Shown: positions 38,901 through 52,118, counted from the stretch's first letter. The stretch is 64,000 nucleotides of DNA from Yuukianura sp. NJ FZ-2021 (GCA_046563655.1 CM102289.1:8804001-8868000); one strand, 5' to 3'. The notes: a model not told the origin generated them from the letters alone. Program-made: numbers and translations.

Positions 38901-41900
38901 GCACTATGGGATTGGACTTTTAAATTGTGTCAGGCTCAACAATGACTTCACAAAAACTAAGAATTTAGGCGATGAGAAAGTCTGTGTAATTTTTTTTTGA
39001 ATGGAATAACTTGATCGTTCATACGGTCCTTTGCACTTCCTCGATACACCGTAATTGGCAATGCACAAATGAAATGCAAGTGGAATTGGCAACTTTTTTG
39101 TGCAAGCGGAATATTTTTTATACCTTCAATTCGCCTGATTTCAACGTTTAGTTTGGTCAAATTATTGTTTGGGTTAGACTACTACGCTATTAACACCATA
39201 AGGAAAGTGATATGTTGTTGCGGGACTGTTGAAGACTTGATACAAAGTTGTGATTTCCGTAAACTTTTTTTTATCAGGCATTGTACTCTTTTTTTTTTAA
39301 ATGACGTTTTAGTAGTATACAAAAGATAAACTGTCATTAAGGCCTCATAGAACGAATACCGTAAATTTCCAAATAGCACAACTGGTGTACGAATTGTGCT
39401 TGAGGGCTGTGTACCTTAATAGGAAGATTGTGTGGTGTGCTAATAGGAAGGTTGTGCATTATATGGAATAATATACTAGGAAGTGGTGTACGAGAGATGC
39501 TATAGTATTCAAGGTTCCTTGACAACCGAATTGAATGTCCTACAACAGGTTGTACAATAACTCGGGGTTTGCAAAAATTTTGCAAACCCCGCAAATCTAA
39601 TTGCTTTACATGAAAATAATTACATAGGAATTTTTTTTATAAATTATTTAAGAACGAGTTATTGAACAACCTGGCGTAGAAAAAACATTTTTTTTTGTTT
39701 ACGAACCTCGATATTATTTGCGAAATGGTACACCATCTTGGTACACCGCTGCTAAATACATTTAAAGGTGGTGTGCTATTCTGAATCCTATTTGGACGTG
39801 GTGTACTAAAATGGTGTGCTATTTGGAAGTGGTGTGCTATTTGGGACCGTACGGTAGTAACAGGAGGGATTTGATCAGTTAAATAAATTGTAAATGGGCA
39901 GGATGAGGTTGATTTGAGGAGTGTCAGCAATGTAAAGTACATTTTTTCTGTTATGTTACTTGATATGCGAAAAACGGTGACTGTATTGTAATTGTGTATG
40001 GATTGGAATGAGGAACTGCAAAAAATTGTTGCTGAAGATCAAAACCAAGTGCCTTTAGGAAGAAAACCTTGTGGAAAAGGAACTTTAGCAAATGGGGAGA
40101 AGTATTAGTATTTCAACCAGGTTTGAGGTCATGCACATGGGTGGATCCACTGTATATTACCAATTGTTTGCGAAAAAATTTATGATGATCATCAAGATTA
40201 CGAACTAACTACTACTAGTATTGTAAATGAGCAGAGATGGAACCGTGACTTTGTGATTCTGGATGAAAAGAGAAAATTTTCATTTTTACAAAAAAAAAAA
40301 TACATTAGGCGAAATACTATGTATTTCGCCTTGAGTTGACCCAGAATTATAATGCGTACTTTTGGAAAGTGAAAAAGTCAAGAGCAGCAAGACAGGCATG
40401 GTTTTGCTGAGTGCTGAAAATGGCAATTTGTCCAGAATCCTGAATTGGCGTGACGTGATTGATAAAAACCAGAATTTGAGGCATGAAAAGTTTTTATGGA
40501 GGTCATCTGTGACATGATCTCTCTTTTCTAAGCACATAACTACCCATTTCCTTACTTTTTTTAAAGTTCACAGATTTATAACTTAGTTTTTAAGCTGTGT
40601 CAGAGAAATACTGCTGGATAACAGGCCATTGACAGCACTCGAATCCACCAAAATCGGAAATGTGATGTGGAAATGGATCATTTTAAAAGCTAGCATCAGT
40701 TTTTTCAAAAACTTTTTTTTTGTAGTTAATTTTTCCTTGATCAAAGTTCTTAAAACTTTCCTTTCCCATTAGACTAATAATGACCAATCTAAGTTCTTTG
40801 GTTAGTAGTCAGGCCATGGGCTTTGAAAATAAAATTTGTGTTTAGCGGATGTTGGAATTTGGCAGAATAAAAATTGGAAACCTAATGACCCTGCCTTGAG
40901 CAAATGTATGTATGTGCTGGCAGTACTTACTGTGGAGGCTTTTGACAAGTGATGCGGTTAGCGCGGTTGGCCTCAGCTGAAAAATGCCTGCGGTTTGCAG
41001 AACAACTTGTTGTGAAAATGTGCCGGACGAGGAACACACAGCTTTATTTGACAAAATTGCAGAGATTGATTTTGGTTTTGGCAACATCAGCAGCGCCATT
41101 TAGCAACAAAATATGAGCAACATTGTTCAGGTGACCCAATAAACGAGAAAAAATGATGATGACGAGATGAAATTTTTGAAATATGGTCGGACGAATTTTG
41201 AAATTTTAGAATATGGTCGGAGGAATTTGAATTTCCTGAATATGGTCGGACGAGTTTGAGGTTTTTGAAAATGGTCGGCGGAGTTTTGAAATTTTTGGAA
41301 GATGGTCGGATGGTCGGGCAATTTTTGAAATTTATTGATTATGGTCGGGCGAGTTTAAATTTAGGTTGCTGTTTAAAATTTCGAAATGTAAGAATGACAG
41401 TGTCCAAAAATGACAGTTTAGACTTGGTTTGTAATTAATCTGCCTCATTTTTGTTTTCACTTCCAAAAGACCTTGGTCTATTTTTGCCTCTTTATGTTTC
41501 GTAGTTGAGTTAGACCTGTGCACTCAATTTATGAAATGAGACCAACACGACACTACGGTGATTTTGAACCTTGGCTTTCATTTTTCTCTGTTGTTGAAAT
41601 TACGATATGAAATTGTGACATGAAATCAAGTGCTAAAAAGTTCCTTGGGAACTGTCATTCTTTTGAGATATTTTTATGGACATGTCAATAGTCATGCTGC
41701 GTAGGTGTTATGGTTAAAGTACTCGCGCAGTGTTAAAGTTAAATGAACTGTTTTTTTTTACTTTGGCATTTGTCATCAAAGGAAAGTGTGTCTCCAAAAG
41801 AGAAAGTTAAATAGACAGTTAGTTAACGATGACTTAAGAGTTAGCACATTTTTTTCTACATATTCGTGGCATACTTTTTTGTATGAATTCATTGGAGTGC

Positions 41901-44900
41901 GAGCAGTAGTCTACTTAGGGTGTAAATTTTAGTAAAGAATGCGAATTGCGAAGCTTTTTGCGTTTTCAGTCCGCCATTCATAGTAGTAGGTTTGTGTTAC
42001 TTTACAAAAAATACCGTTTGTTTTGTGTACAAAGGAAATACAAGTGTGTTTGAAAAGTACAATGTAAGTTTCAATTGCAAATTTTCCTTTCGAGTTCTGG
42101 TCTGGTTGATTTTGGCTAACTTACTAAAATTTACAATACAACTGGAACGAAAATAACAATGGAGTGGAACATAACATAACAAGAAAATAGAACTTGCGCA
42201 AAGAGTCTAATTGGAGCAGAATAGTGTGATGATGATTTTGATGATGATGAAGGTGATGATTTTGATGATGATGATGAGTAATATTGTGTTAATTTGGGGT
42301 TTTGTTTTGTTTTTTAGCGTATTAATATTCCATCTTCCGAAGGATCCAATGGTCGCTTTGACTTTAGTCTCTCCTCGAATGCAGACATTGAAGGACCGCA
42401 GGGAAGTTTCGAATGCATTCAACAATGTGGCTCAAGGTGAGACTACTCTTAAAATATTTTGCAATTGCCACAGTGAGTAATTGGATTTTGCAAAAACCAG
42501 TACAATAGAGATTAGATGAATAAAAGATTTGATATATGGAATATATTACATATAGTAAAAATATTTTCCATGAGAACTTGTGATATAAGATGCATATTCC
42601 ATCAGGATATTTCGTATATTAATTTGGTTTAAGTGAACATGAGGTGTGAATTTATTCATCAATAGTCAATCGAACTAAACTAAAGTATGAAAGAGAAGGT
42701 TTCTGAAATCTACATTATGATGAACATAACAATTTTGGATGGGATGGCCTCAATTCAAAGGATAGAATATGTGGGAAATTTTGAAGTAGTGTTGGATTGG
42801 ATATAATTGTGACAAATTGCCTTGAGAATTTATTGTTGGGTTGATTGCTGCACAGATTCGATGGGTTTCAGAAGTACTTTTTATGCACCTAATAATTGTA
42901 ATTGTAGCAGCATACAAATTTTTAGTTAGTGGTTTGGCTACTCTTGATTTGCAATTTTGTATGGACGTTCTGACGTTCTATTCTTACCAAATATTTCACA
43001 AAGAGAAACTGCTCAAGGATTGCTTCATCGTATAGCTTATAGCAAAAAGTGGTCTGTGATGGTTGGAGGAACGGCGGCGCAATGACCAACCTAACAAAGT
43101 TTAGCATTGTAACATTGTACATAGTGTACTACTAACTTAATGCAGTATACTGTTTGTTTTTACTACCAAAATTTAGCAAATCGTTAACTGCTCATCCATC
43201 TAAAGAGACCAAAAATAATTACGGCTTTTGGTGGAATCAGTCCGCTAATTTTGCCTTTTACTACAATGTTTTTAAGTTTTGTAGCTTAAGGGGCGGAGCC
43301 TAATGTTGCATTTTTTGATACGAAATACAAATGGCGTTTTTAAAAAATTTCATCGAAGTTTGTCATAGTTTGGAGTCAAAAAAGGCAAAAAATGCAGTTA
43401 TTTATACCAGCACGTTGTGACTAAAAAATTTACAACAAAAAATTTACACTTTAAGTTTCTGTAAGGTTGTTTTATGCACGAGTGACTTTGGCAGTGGGGC
43501 AATGCAGAAACGTAAAAAAAAATTCAATGATGTCTCAACACCACCAAAATTTGTTCTTTTTTCATCATTGCTAAAATGTGGGTTGTTTTAAGAAAAAAAG
43601 AACAAAGAAGTTGAGAAATTTGTGATTTGTCGCACGTTTGAGAAATTCTGAGACTTACAATGTATCGGTTGAACAGTTTTTACGTTGGTGGTGATGAATG
43701 ATATAGGAATTTGAGAAGTAGTTGCTATTGGAAGCCTAATATAGGAAATGCTTGGGCAGTATGCAAGGATACTGGCAGTATCCTTGTCTTCGGACACTTA
43801 TGAATTACCTTGTAGTTAATTGTAATTTACAAGGAGAAACAAGAGTTGATTTTAATATTCATTATGGATTTTGTATTTTTTTAGCTCATTGAAATCAATG
43901 GGGCCGGTGCCCTTCAAACTGAGGATCAAAGCCAAAGATGATGTTTACGAAACGACTCGGCAGAGGATGAATGCTCTTGAGGAGACAAGGAAACATGACT
44001 GGTGAGAGAAATCAAAATTTTGAAAATTTTTATTTAAAGAAACTGATAGAATTTGTGTTTTGTTTTTGCAGTGCTAAGGAAATTAAGCCAAATGGTGCTG
44101 ATATTGGGCGACGAGTCAAGAAGAAGTTGCCGAGATCCGCCATTCCGCCAATGTCCCACCAATCTCAGCCTCCGAACCGACATTCACTGAACTTTAACAG
44201 CTTCAACAATCAGTCAAAGGTCACGAACAAGCCAATCAACGGATACAATCCACCGCCTTTTCATCCCTCCTCAAGAACTAACAATCATCACTCTTCTTCT
44301 GGAAATATGTTGCCAAACAATCATCATCCGAATCCGGGTAGCAACGGATTCAACCGAAGTCCGGGAAATGGTCCACCCGCCAACGGAAACAATGCCAATA
44401 AACCCGTAGGCGGTGGAAGCATTACAAGGAGACCGCTGAGGTAAGGATATTTCAAATTCATTTCAGTTCACTTGAAACTAAGGGTGTAAATCCGGATTTT
44501 GACGAAAAATCCGGATTTAAATCCAGATTTTGACGAAAAATCCGGATTTAAATCCGGAGATTTGACGAAAAATCCGGATTTAAATCCGGGTTTTGAAGGA
44601 TTTTCTTCAAAAATTTGGATTTAAATCTGGATTTTGACGGATTTTTTAAAAATCTGTATGTAAATCCGGATTTTTTAATCAAAATCCGAAATCCGGATTT
44701 CTAAAATGTCGTGACGGATTTACACCCTTACTCGGAGCTGTACATTGTGCTGAGAACACAATGTACATAACATATTGTACACATTGGTACTAAAATCCTG
44801 ATTTTTTTTCCACAGGGATCGCCTAATTCACTTGTTGGCTCTCAAGAACTACAAGAAGCCGGAACTCATTATGCGACTACAGAGAGGTGAGTTTTTTTCC

Positions 44901-46843
44901 TTGAATTTTTGAAATTTTTGAAATACACGGTTTGACATTTTTTTTTTTGAAATTTCAGATGGAATGTCTGAAAAGGACAAGAAACTGCTGATGCCGCTTC
45001 TTGCCCAAGTGACTGCCTTAAAAAACAATGAGTACATTTTGAATCGTGGGATTTGGAACGATATTCAGGAAGACTGGCCTTTCTATTCTGAGCATGAGAA
45101 ACAGATATTGAAGCGGTAAGAGTGAGACTCAGTTTGTTAATTGACTAACTCTAGTTAGTTAATTAGTGAACGAACTTAGTTTCTCATGGTTTTTCTTGTG
45201 TATGATCATACACAGACGGAAACCTCAAAACCTGACTCCGCCTGGAAGTGACTGTAGTGTAGGAAGTGGTGGGAGTTTGAGTAGTTTGTCTCCAAGAAGT
45301 TCCGTCTCTAATCATTCTGGACAGTCTCCGCCTGGATACTCGGCCAAGTCTCTTGTTGGACAAGGTGGAGAGCCATTCCACTTGCCTGGAACGAAGAGGC
45401 CGCCTGGACATGACTTTGACCTGGAAGATAACGCCAAACGACCGCGAATCTCACATTTTAAAAGACCAAACTCCTCTTCCACGACTAACCAACAGAATCA
45501 ATCCAATATTCCAACTGCCAATTCTCGGAGTGACAAAGAGTATCCGTACCATTCGCCTTCTTCCGGAATACAAAACCGGAATGTGCCGAACGGTCATGCG
45601 CCGCGCCTTCCAAATGAGAGGTTAAGTCCGCCCGGAAGTTCGTCGCAAAGTTATAACCGAAATGGTCCACCGGAGATTGGTTTGTCACCGCAGTCCTACG
45701 AGTATCCGTCGTATCCATGGCAAGGAACGAAACCCATGGACCATTCGGGCTATGGTCCAGGAAAAGTGCCTGACGATGAGACGGATTCAATTGACAGTGG
45801 AAATGGTGGCAGTAGTTGCAGTAGTGGGAGTGGGAAGTCAGACTACAGTAATGGTAGCTTGGCAGGAAACTATTCTGGAATGGGCAAATCTACACCGGAT
45901 CCTGGCCAACACTCTCCGTTGACAAATGGTTACCTCAATGGAACTGCCACGGTTTCATCATCTTCAGCTAAACCAGAACCGGAGATTTTTGAAAATAGTG
46001 TGCAGGATGAGTTTGTACTTCCGGAAAAGTCGCGTAGTGTGGAAGAGCCTAAAATTTCCAAGGAAAAAGAGGTCAAAGGGCGTGGGAAAGAGAGGTCACG
46101 AGAAAAAGAGGCCAAGAAGGAAGCCAAGTTGGAAAAAAGTCGGGAGCGGAATGGAGGTGACGACAGCAGTAACAAGCAGTCACCAAAGTACTTGATGTGA
46201 GTTGAAAAACTGATAATTTTGTTTTCCAAGTATCAAGTATAGAAGTGACAAGTACTGGATGGATTACGGTAATCGGGAATTTTTATGTTTTTTTTTTTTT
46301 TTTGTGGTCGCAGGACATTTCTTCCAATTCGTACTCCAGAACAACGGGATCGGTACAAAGCTGAATTCACAGCTGATCACAAGGAATACATGCGGTTACA
46401 CTCTGTGATAGACAAAGTTTCCAAATTATTTGCTCATCTTGACGAAAGACTGCGACAAGCGGAACATGGAAGCCAGGAGTATAATGTAAGCACAGAAAAA
46501 ACTAAAAATATTTGCTGCAAGTGTGATTGGAACCCATGTCTCTTCAATCCGGGAAGTCCTCTAACCCTTGAGCTATGGGATTACTGGCGCTAAACGCCAC
46601 AAACCTTTTCAATTTTTGCATAAAACCTAACCTAATTCACCAATTTTTGTTTTGTTTTAGATGTTGAAGGAAAGGATTATCCAGGAATATGCTTCCAGCA
46701 AAGCCAATCCGGAGTATGAGTCTGCTAGACAAAAATTTCAGTACTTGCATGGGAAGTTGTCTCACATCAAACGGTTGGTGTTGGAATACGACTCTTTACA
46801 TTCCAACTCAGACTATGAGTCACAAGGAGAAGACAATGAATGA
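23988..46843 (+). CDS. ELL: RNA polymerase II elongation factor ELL (Drosophila Su(Tpl))
   Basis: Exons 23988-24170, 25784-25834, 42318-42436, 43885-44001, 44072-44440, 44816-44886, 44959-45115, 45216-46196, 46314-46485 and 46661-46843 join in frame. Motifs KSVIFVKLTDSALKAI, GPQGSFECIQQ and RRPLRDRLIHLLALKNYKKPEL, plus a C-terminal occludin/ELL domain (EQRDRYKAEF...YLHGKLSHIKRLVLEYD). Confidence 0.95.
33939..34099. mobile_element. hAT-like MITE, copy 1 (CAAGGTTC...GAACCTTG)
   Basis: 8-bp terminal inverted repeat plus a ~30-bp internal inverted repeat (TCCTACACCAGGTTGTCCAATAACTC / GAGTTATTGGACAACCTGTTGCAGGA). Flanks CTTAAAAT/GTTGAAAT match 6 of 8. An inverted homolog lies at 39510-39710. Confidence 0.75.
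35111..35230. mobile_element. TA-flanked CCGTA...TACGG MITE (Tc1/mariner-pogo/Tc2 type)
   Basis: TA|CCGTAAAATCCCAAA ... TTTGGAAATTTACGG|TA. Confidence 0.7.
37234..37327. mobile_element. TA-flanked CCGTA...TACGG MITE
   Basis: TA|CCGTAGGTTTCCAAATA ... TATTTGGAAATTTACGG|TA. Confidence 0.7.
39359..39854. mobile_element. TA-flanked CCGTA...TACGG MITE carrying a nested insertion
   Basis: TA|CCGTAAATTTCCAAATAGCACA ... TGTGCTATTTGGGACCGTACGG|TA, with internal GGTGTGCTA repeats on both sides of the insert. Confidence 0.75.
39510..39710. mobile_element. hAT-like MITE, copy 2 (inverted relative to copy 1, nested)
   Basis: CAAGGTTCCTTGACAACCGAATTG ... GTTTACGAACCTCG. Flanks ATAGTATT/ATATTATT match 7 of 8. 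Confidence 0.78.
41170..41352. repeat. Degenerate ~30-bp minisatellite (AATATGGTCGG core)
   Basis: ATGGTCGG recurs about 7 times, mostly ~30 bp apart, with TTTTGAAA spacers. Confidence 0.75.
42227..42277. repeat. Interrupted (GAT)n microsatellite just upstream of ELL exon 3
   Basis: TGATGATGATTTTGATGATGATGAAGGTGATGATTTTGATGATGATGATGA. Confidence 0.8.
44481..44728. mobile_element. TA-flanked MITE with 14-bp TIRs and an internal ~31-bp tandem array (ELL intron 5)
   Basis: TA|AGGGTGTAAATCCG ... CGGATTTACACCCT|TA. The interior is tandem AAATCCGGATTTTGACGAAAAATCCGGATTT, built from the palindrome AAATCCGGATTT. Confidence 0.88.
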
Positions 46844-49800
46844 GACACATATCGCTGAAATCGCTGATTTCTACTGAGTACACAACCGCAGCGCCATTTT
46901 TCACAATTGCACACTCTAATCTTCGACCTCTCCATGGAAAAGATGATGAAGGAGAAGATTTCTAAGTCATTTGCTTTTCACACTAAAAATACTTGTCACT
47001 TCTTGGAATACTGCTGACGACGTCTCGACGACGACAACTGTAATTCGCTCATCAACAAACTCAACTTTCGGTTTATTTTTCTTCAAACTACCCGGGCTCT
47101 GCTGGCAGGCAACTACTACGTTAAAAGGAACGCAAACTACTGGAAGTACTGGAAGCTTAGTTAGAAGTACTGGATACTGGAAGAGGCAAAAGTCCTTTGT
47201 AGTCAGTCTCATTTCCGGAGATTTTTAAAAAGGAGGAATGTCATGATTCTTATACTTGTACTTTCGACCGGAACACTTTGTCCAGGAGAGAAGTTTTGGA
47301 GTGATGGAATTGAAAAAAAAAGTGGAACTTTTTAGAAAAAGTGTCATTGAAATTCAATTTTCCACTTTTTGCCAAGGTTATTTTAAAAGGTCAAGAGTTT
47401 CTCCCAAGACTGCTAGCAGCACACAGCGCCGCCTCCTCAAACACCATCACACCAGAAACTGGAAGAAATCAAGAAATAATTTTAATTGTACATTTAGTAG
47501 TGGAACTTTTTAGTTTTAATGTTAATTTAAAGTTAAGATTTTTTTTTCTCGGAGGGCAGTTGAAACGAGGATCACAAGAATTCCCATAACTTGCATTTTT
47601 TTTGACATTTGAATTGTTCTTTTATGAGATAGAAAATTCAGATGATCTTTGACCCAAATGAAATAACACATTGCACATTGTACCTTTTAATCCTCACTCG
47701 TCTAAATCAATGTTAATCCAAGTCGTTTTTTTTTAAATTCGTTTCGATTGTCTGGATTGTCGATCAATCCTTGTTGAAAAATCGCACTTATCCGGAAAGT
47801 ACTCTAAAAAATAATGAAAAATGACACGCAAAGTCTCGATCTTTTTAGTATTCTCCAGTCAAAAAATGCAGGACATGATTTTAATAGTAATGGTAATAAG
47901 TTAAGTTATAATTTTTTTTTGAAGTAAAAATTAATCGCAGATGCATGTACTATGCATAGGAAGCATGGAACAGAGTTTTTGTGGCGCAGTTGCTAAAAAG
48001 TGGAACGAAATGGCTGTGTAATTTCACTTTTGTGATTTTCCTGAATTTCGTGCAGTAATGAGAGTTCGGATGGCGCTTTTAAAATGAAAATCTCCCTGCA
48101 GTGGAGACTTTCATGGTTTTTCATGATTTTCATGGAAAGGATTTTAGCACTGGAGGAAGTTTTGGTTCAAAACGGACTTGTTTTTGCTACTATTTTTGCG
48201 AAACATCTCAAACAGCTCAAAAAGGCGCGAAAAATTTTGAATCCAGTTTTACGAGAACGCCAGCGGCCATGTTTGTTTCTGCGCCTGCGCACTTGAAGCC
48301 TGTTCTGAATGCCTTATTAACTGCAGAGGAGACCAATAAAATGCACCCTACTCGTCATAAGGTCAAACCGACATTGGTTCTAAGAAGTTAAGTTTAAGTG
48401 GTCTAAAATTATTAGAAATTATTAATTAATTATTAAGTAAAAACAGTTTAGAAAAAGTTATAATGTTTAATGTGAAAAAATAATTTAAAGAAACGTTATA
48501 AAAAATCATATAAATATTTTTCATTGATAAAAAAAAAGAAGACTGGTTGTTTCCTAATAAGAAATTGTACTGAAAAAATATTAGGGAAAAAAATGGTATT
48601 AATTCGTTAGAAAAATTTTATAAAAAAGTTCAATGAAACTGAACCCTATGTTATGGACTTCTGTGGGAAGGGAGACATACTGAAAAGTACATGTTAAAAA
48701 CCTTACTGATTTAACTGCCTGACGAATACGGGACTATACCTAGTATTGTACTAAAAAAAACTTAATCTTAACTTACTAAAAAAACAATCACAATTCAATC
48801 CTTTTTTTTTCTTGTTTTAACATAATTAGTTCTTACAAAAAATGTATTCCAGCCTTAAATGTTAGTGTTTTCTGCTGAGCTTTTGGTTTTTGGGGTTTTA
48901 AAAATGCAGCAAAAAGTGATGCGGTATTAGTAGTCAAATGGGAATTTCAAAATTTCAAATTGAATTTCAAAATTTCAGTCAAATCCAACTCCCGATTGAT
49001 AAGTTTTCATGTTTAGTTAAAATCTGTTTCTTCCTTGCATTTAATTCTCTTGTGATTGTCTTCGTTTGATGTTAATCAACTTTGTATTTGCTAAGAATGT
49101 TTAGTAATTCAATGTAATTCAAAGTAATTATTGCCGAAAATACTCCATTAACTTCTAGAAAACAGCATTTCTGACTTCAGCAATAGCAAAAGGCTCCATT
49201 TTAGCATGATGTGCCAAGTCCACTTCAATTAAGTTTCTATGCAAATCGAGTTAAACAGTTAACGTTTCTAATTAATTTAAGTCTTGATTTCCTTTCCAAC
49301 TTTTCAATTTCTGTTCGTTTTCCAATTTTTTTCTAATCAGTTGCATAACGATTTTCAAAAATCCAGTCAGTTCAACCTACCTCAGTGATTTCCGCAGTGA
49401 AAAATTTAAGCACAGACAGCTTCTTCCTCTCCTTTCGGTGAAACTCTTTTTAAATGTGGGCGCCATTTTGTTGATTTTGGTTAGCCTATGTTTGACTATA
49501 CACAGAACTGAGAGCTCAATTGTTAAACTTAATTAACGTTTAGTTGTTAATTACCTACCGAATTCTAATTAACAGTTAGGTACTTGTAAGTGTCCTTCCA
49601 TTCTCATACAGCTTAGAATTTAAGTTCCTTTTTTGTCCAGAAACTAGTTAAAATCTCTTTTTTTTTCGACAATTTTCTCTTGACTTACTAAAATGACACA
49701 GCGACTATCGTTTTTTTTCTGGACTTTGTTAAAAATTTGTCTCCAACATACTCAAGAGTTGAAGCAAAATGCAAAAATTTTGTTGTGCTATAATAATTAG

Positions 49801-50582
49801 GTTCATACTCTGCTTTAAAAAATTTCAAATTTGTAAATTAGGAGTTTGGAAATTAGAAACGAAATTCCCTTTTAAGTTGCCAAAAATTTGATAGATTTCG
49901 CGTGTTTTTCAGAATCTTTGTGTTTAAATTTCCAAGTTTAGTCAATTGGGTGTAGTAGATTTTTCAATAAGTGCTAATTATTATACGTACTTGAGAACTG
50001 ACATTATGAATTGACGACGCTTTACTTTGATTCCAACAATTAAAGGTTTTATGAGGGAGGGGTTCAGTTTTTGTTGAAATTTGTTGGCAAAAGAAAACCT
50101 AATTTAAAAAGCAGTTTTAAAAACGAATTCTTTTGGTTGGCCGAAGTAAAAACTTGAAAAAGTGACGAGATGGTGGGTGATTCTTAAAGAAAAATGGAAA
50201 ACAGAAAAAGGAAAAAATGGCTCCTCTTTAGATGTTAAAAAATCTAAAAAATTACGAAAAAAAAATCAAATGTAAAATTATATTTTAACCTTGTAACTGT
50301 TTACAATTTTCGATAGGTTACACTTACAAATTGTACTTCATCCAGCATGTCACGGATTTCAGAAAAAGAATAAATTTTGGAAATTAATTGCAAACGAATT
50401 GCAAAAATCACTCTTCTTTCTTTTACATCTGTTTTAGTACATGTGTTAAGCGATACTTAATTGAAAGATGAGTTAATTGTCGAGTGTAATTACTAATTAT
50501 GTTGCTAGTTCTCAATATTTAACGTCAAATCCTTATGTTAAAAGGAAAGAAGCGTTGGTAGTGTGAAAACGCCTGGATTAGT

Positions 50583-50598
50583 AGCCACATCTAGCGGC
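50583..50598 (-). promoter_or_regulatory. Candidate CTCF-like site between the ELL 3' end and the next promoter
   Basis: Minus strand GCCGCTAGATGTGGCT resembles CCACTAGATGGCGC. Motif match only. Confidence 0.25.
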
Positions 50599-50870
50599 GG
50601 GATTTCTTAACAACCGCCGCAAATTTTCAAAATAGCAAAAGTGTTTTCCCTCTTTTTTCCTCCTTTGTCTTCCTTTGCTGCTTTCTTCATTCGTCTTTTG
50701 GAGCTCGGAGTGTACGGACATCGAAATTTTTCCTTGATTGATCATTCTCGTTATTCAACAATCAATTAGTTGAGAAGGTAAGTTATTTTTTATGTAATTT
50801 TTACTATAACCCTTTGGCTAATCGTAATGTGGCTCTTTGTGTCACAGATCCGTATTCCCTCAGCGGCAAA

Positions 50871-51819
50871 ATGGCAACTCATGACGATGACGTCGAGGTT
50901 ACGACCACGATTGGAGAGGGCGACGGTGACGGTCCAGCCGACCGAAATTGCTACATACTTGATCTGGAAGAGTTCGACGGCAAAGAAGTATTCTGGTCTG
51001 GCGGGGAACTGGGACTGCGGCCGTCGATCGTTCTTGAACTCAAGGAACGGGATATGGATGTTCCGCTTTCGTCGATCTTGAGTGTTTACGTTGTAAGTGT
51101 TATAATCATTTGGATTTGTTAAGTTTAATTTGGTAATGGATTGTTGTGAATTGGGTATGTTCTACATAGCCGAGAAAAGTATTGCGGAAGGCAGTTGGTG
51201 GTCGGCATCTCGAGCTGGTCGGAACTAAGAGACAGGTAAAACTCGACGATCCTGTTAGACTGATTTTCGAGATGAAGAACGGGAGGGAAGCCAAACTTTA
51301 TCTTCATTTTGGATCTGGATATCCATCTGACGGTAATTGAACACTTAAGAATATTCGTCTGAGTCGAAATCTAAGCTGCAGCGACCTAACAGTTATGACT
51401 TTTTTTTGTGATGGGTTTCAGGTGACAAGGAGGACGAGTTTCAAAAGGACACTGAGAAGTTGACCAAAGTGCTCGGCATTCCTGGATTCCTCCGTAGCAA
51501 AAACGGAATACAGTGTAAGATCAACGTCATCTTATGATATATTTAGAAATTACATTACAGAAATCTAACACCCTACCGTATTTTGTTTTCAGTTCAAAAG
51601 TTGATGTGTGAAATTGATGAAGAGTTCAAAGCTTCGGCTCCTGACCACTTCAAAATTCAGGAAAAATTAAACGCTTTGAATGGATTGGTGGATGCAACGC
51701 TGGAAAAACATGAGGCCCGAAAAGGTGGTACAGCTCCTGCTCAACGGAACTACATCGCTTACTTAGCATATGGTGCGCTGCTTGTTGTTGCAGTAGCTTA
51801 CTTCATTTTCAAAGATTGA
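50871..51819 (+). CDS. Orphan protein (~235 aa) with a C-terminal transmembrane tail, paralog 1
   Basis: Exons 50871-51092, 51170-51332, 51422-51514 and 51593-51819 join in frame. Probable 5' UTR intron 50778-50847. Ends YIAYLAYGALLVVAVAYFIFKD. Confidence 0.8.
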
Positions 51820-52118
51820 AAATTACCTTAATTCAATTCTCTTACACTTCAAATCATACCATCAAAGTTGTTCGTTAAGTTAGCTTCTAAACGCTGTAGT
51901 ATTACATTATGTCCGTAAATCTATGTGAAATCAATAGATTAACCAAGCAGCTGATAGGTCAATTAAGTAAAATATAAATTACTACATATTCAAAAAATCC
52001 TAAAGAGATTGTCATAGTGACAGTAGTTAACGTTTAACAAACGCATCTCTAAACCTGCAAGTACAAACTGTAAGCATTATACATTGATGCCTTATTCAGC
52101 AGTATTATCGCAGTTGCG

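Noticed and set aside
40307..40331. Perfect 11-bp hairpin AGGCGAAATAC-TAT-GTATTTCGCCT
   Set aside because: Isolated, with no downstream CTRR to support a Helitron end. Intrinsic terminators do not apply here.
24559..43797. Numerous 60-113 aa ORFs within ELL introns
   Set aside because: Biased F/L/K/I composition, many non-ATG starts, and no domains or splice support. No transposase or reverse transcriptase motifs were seen.
44481..44728. CRISPR-like appearance of periodic repeats (also 41170-41352 and 54274-54534)
   Set aside because: No unique spacers, eukaryotic intron context and no cas genes. They are explained as MITE interiors or a minisatellite.
45184..46229. Antisense and alternative-frame ORFs over ELL exon 8 (similarly over DHX8, SMG5 and HCN exons)
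   Set aside because: These are shadow ORFs expected over relatively GC-rich coding exons.
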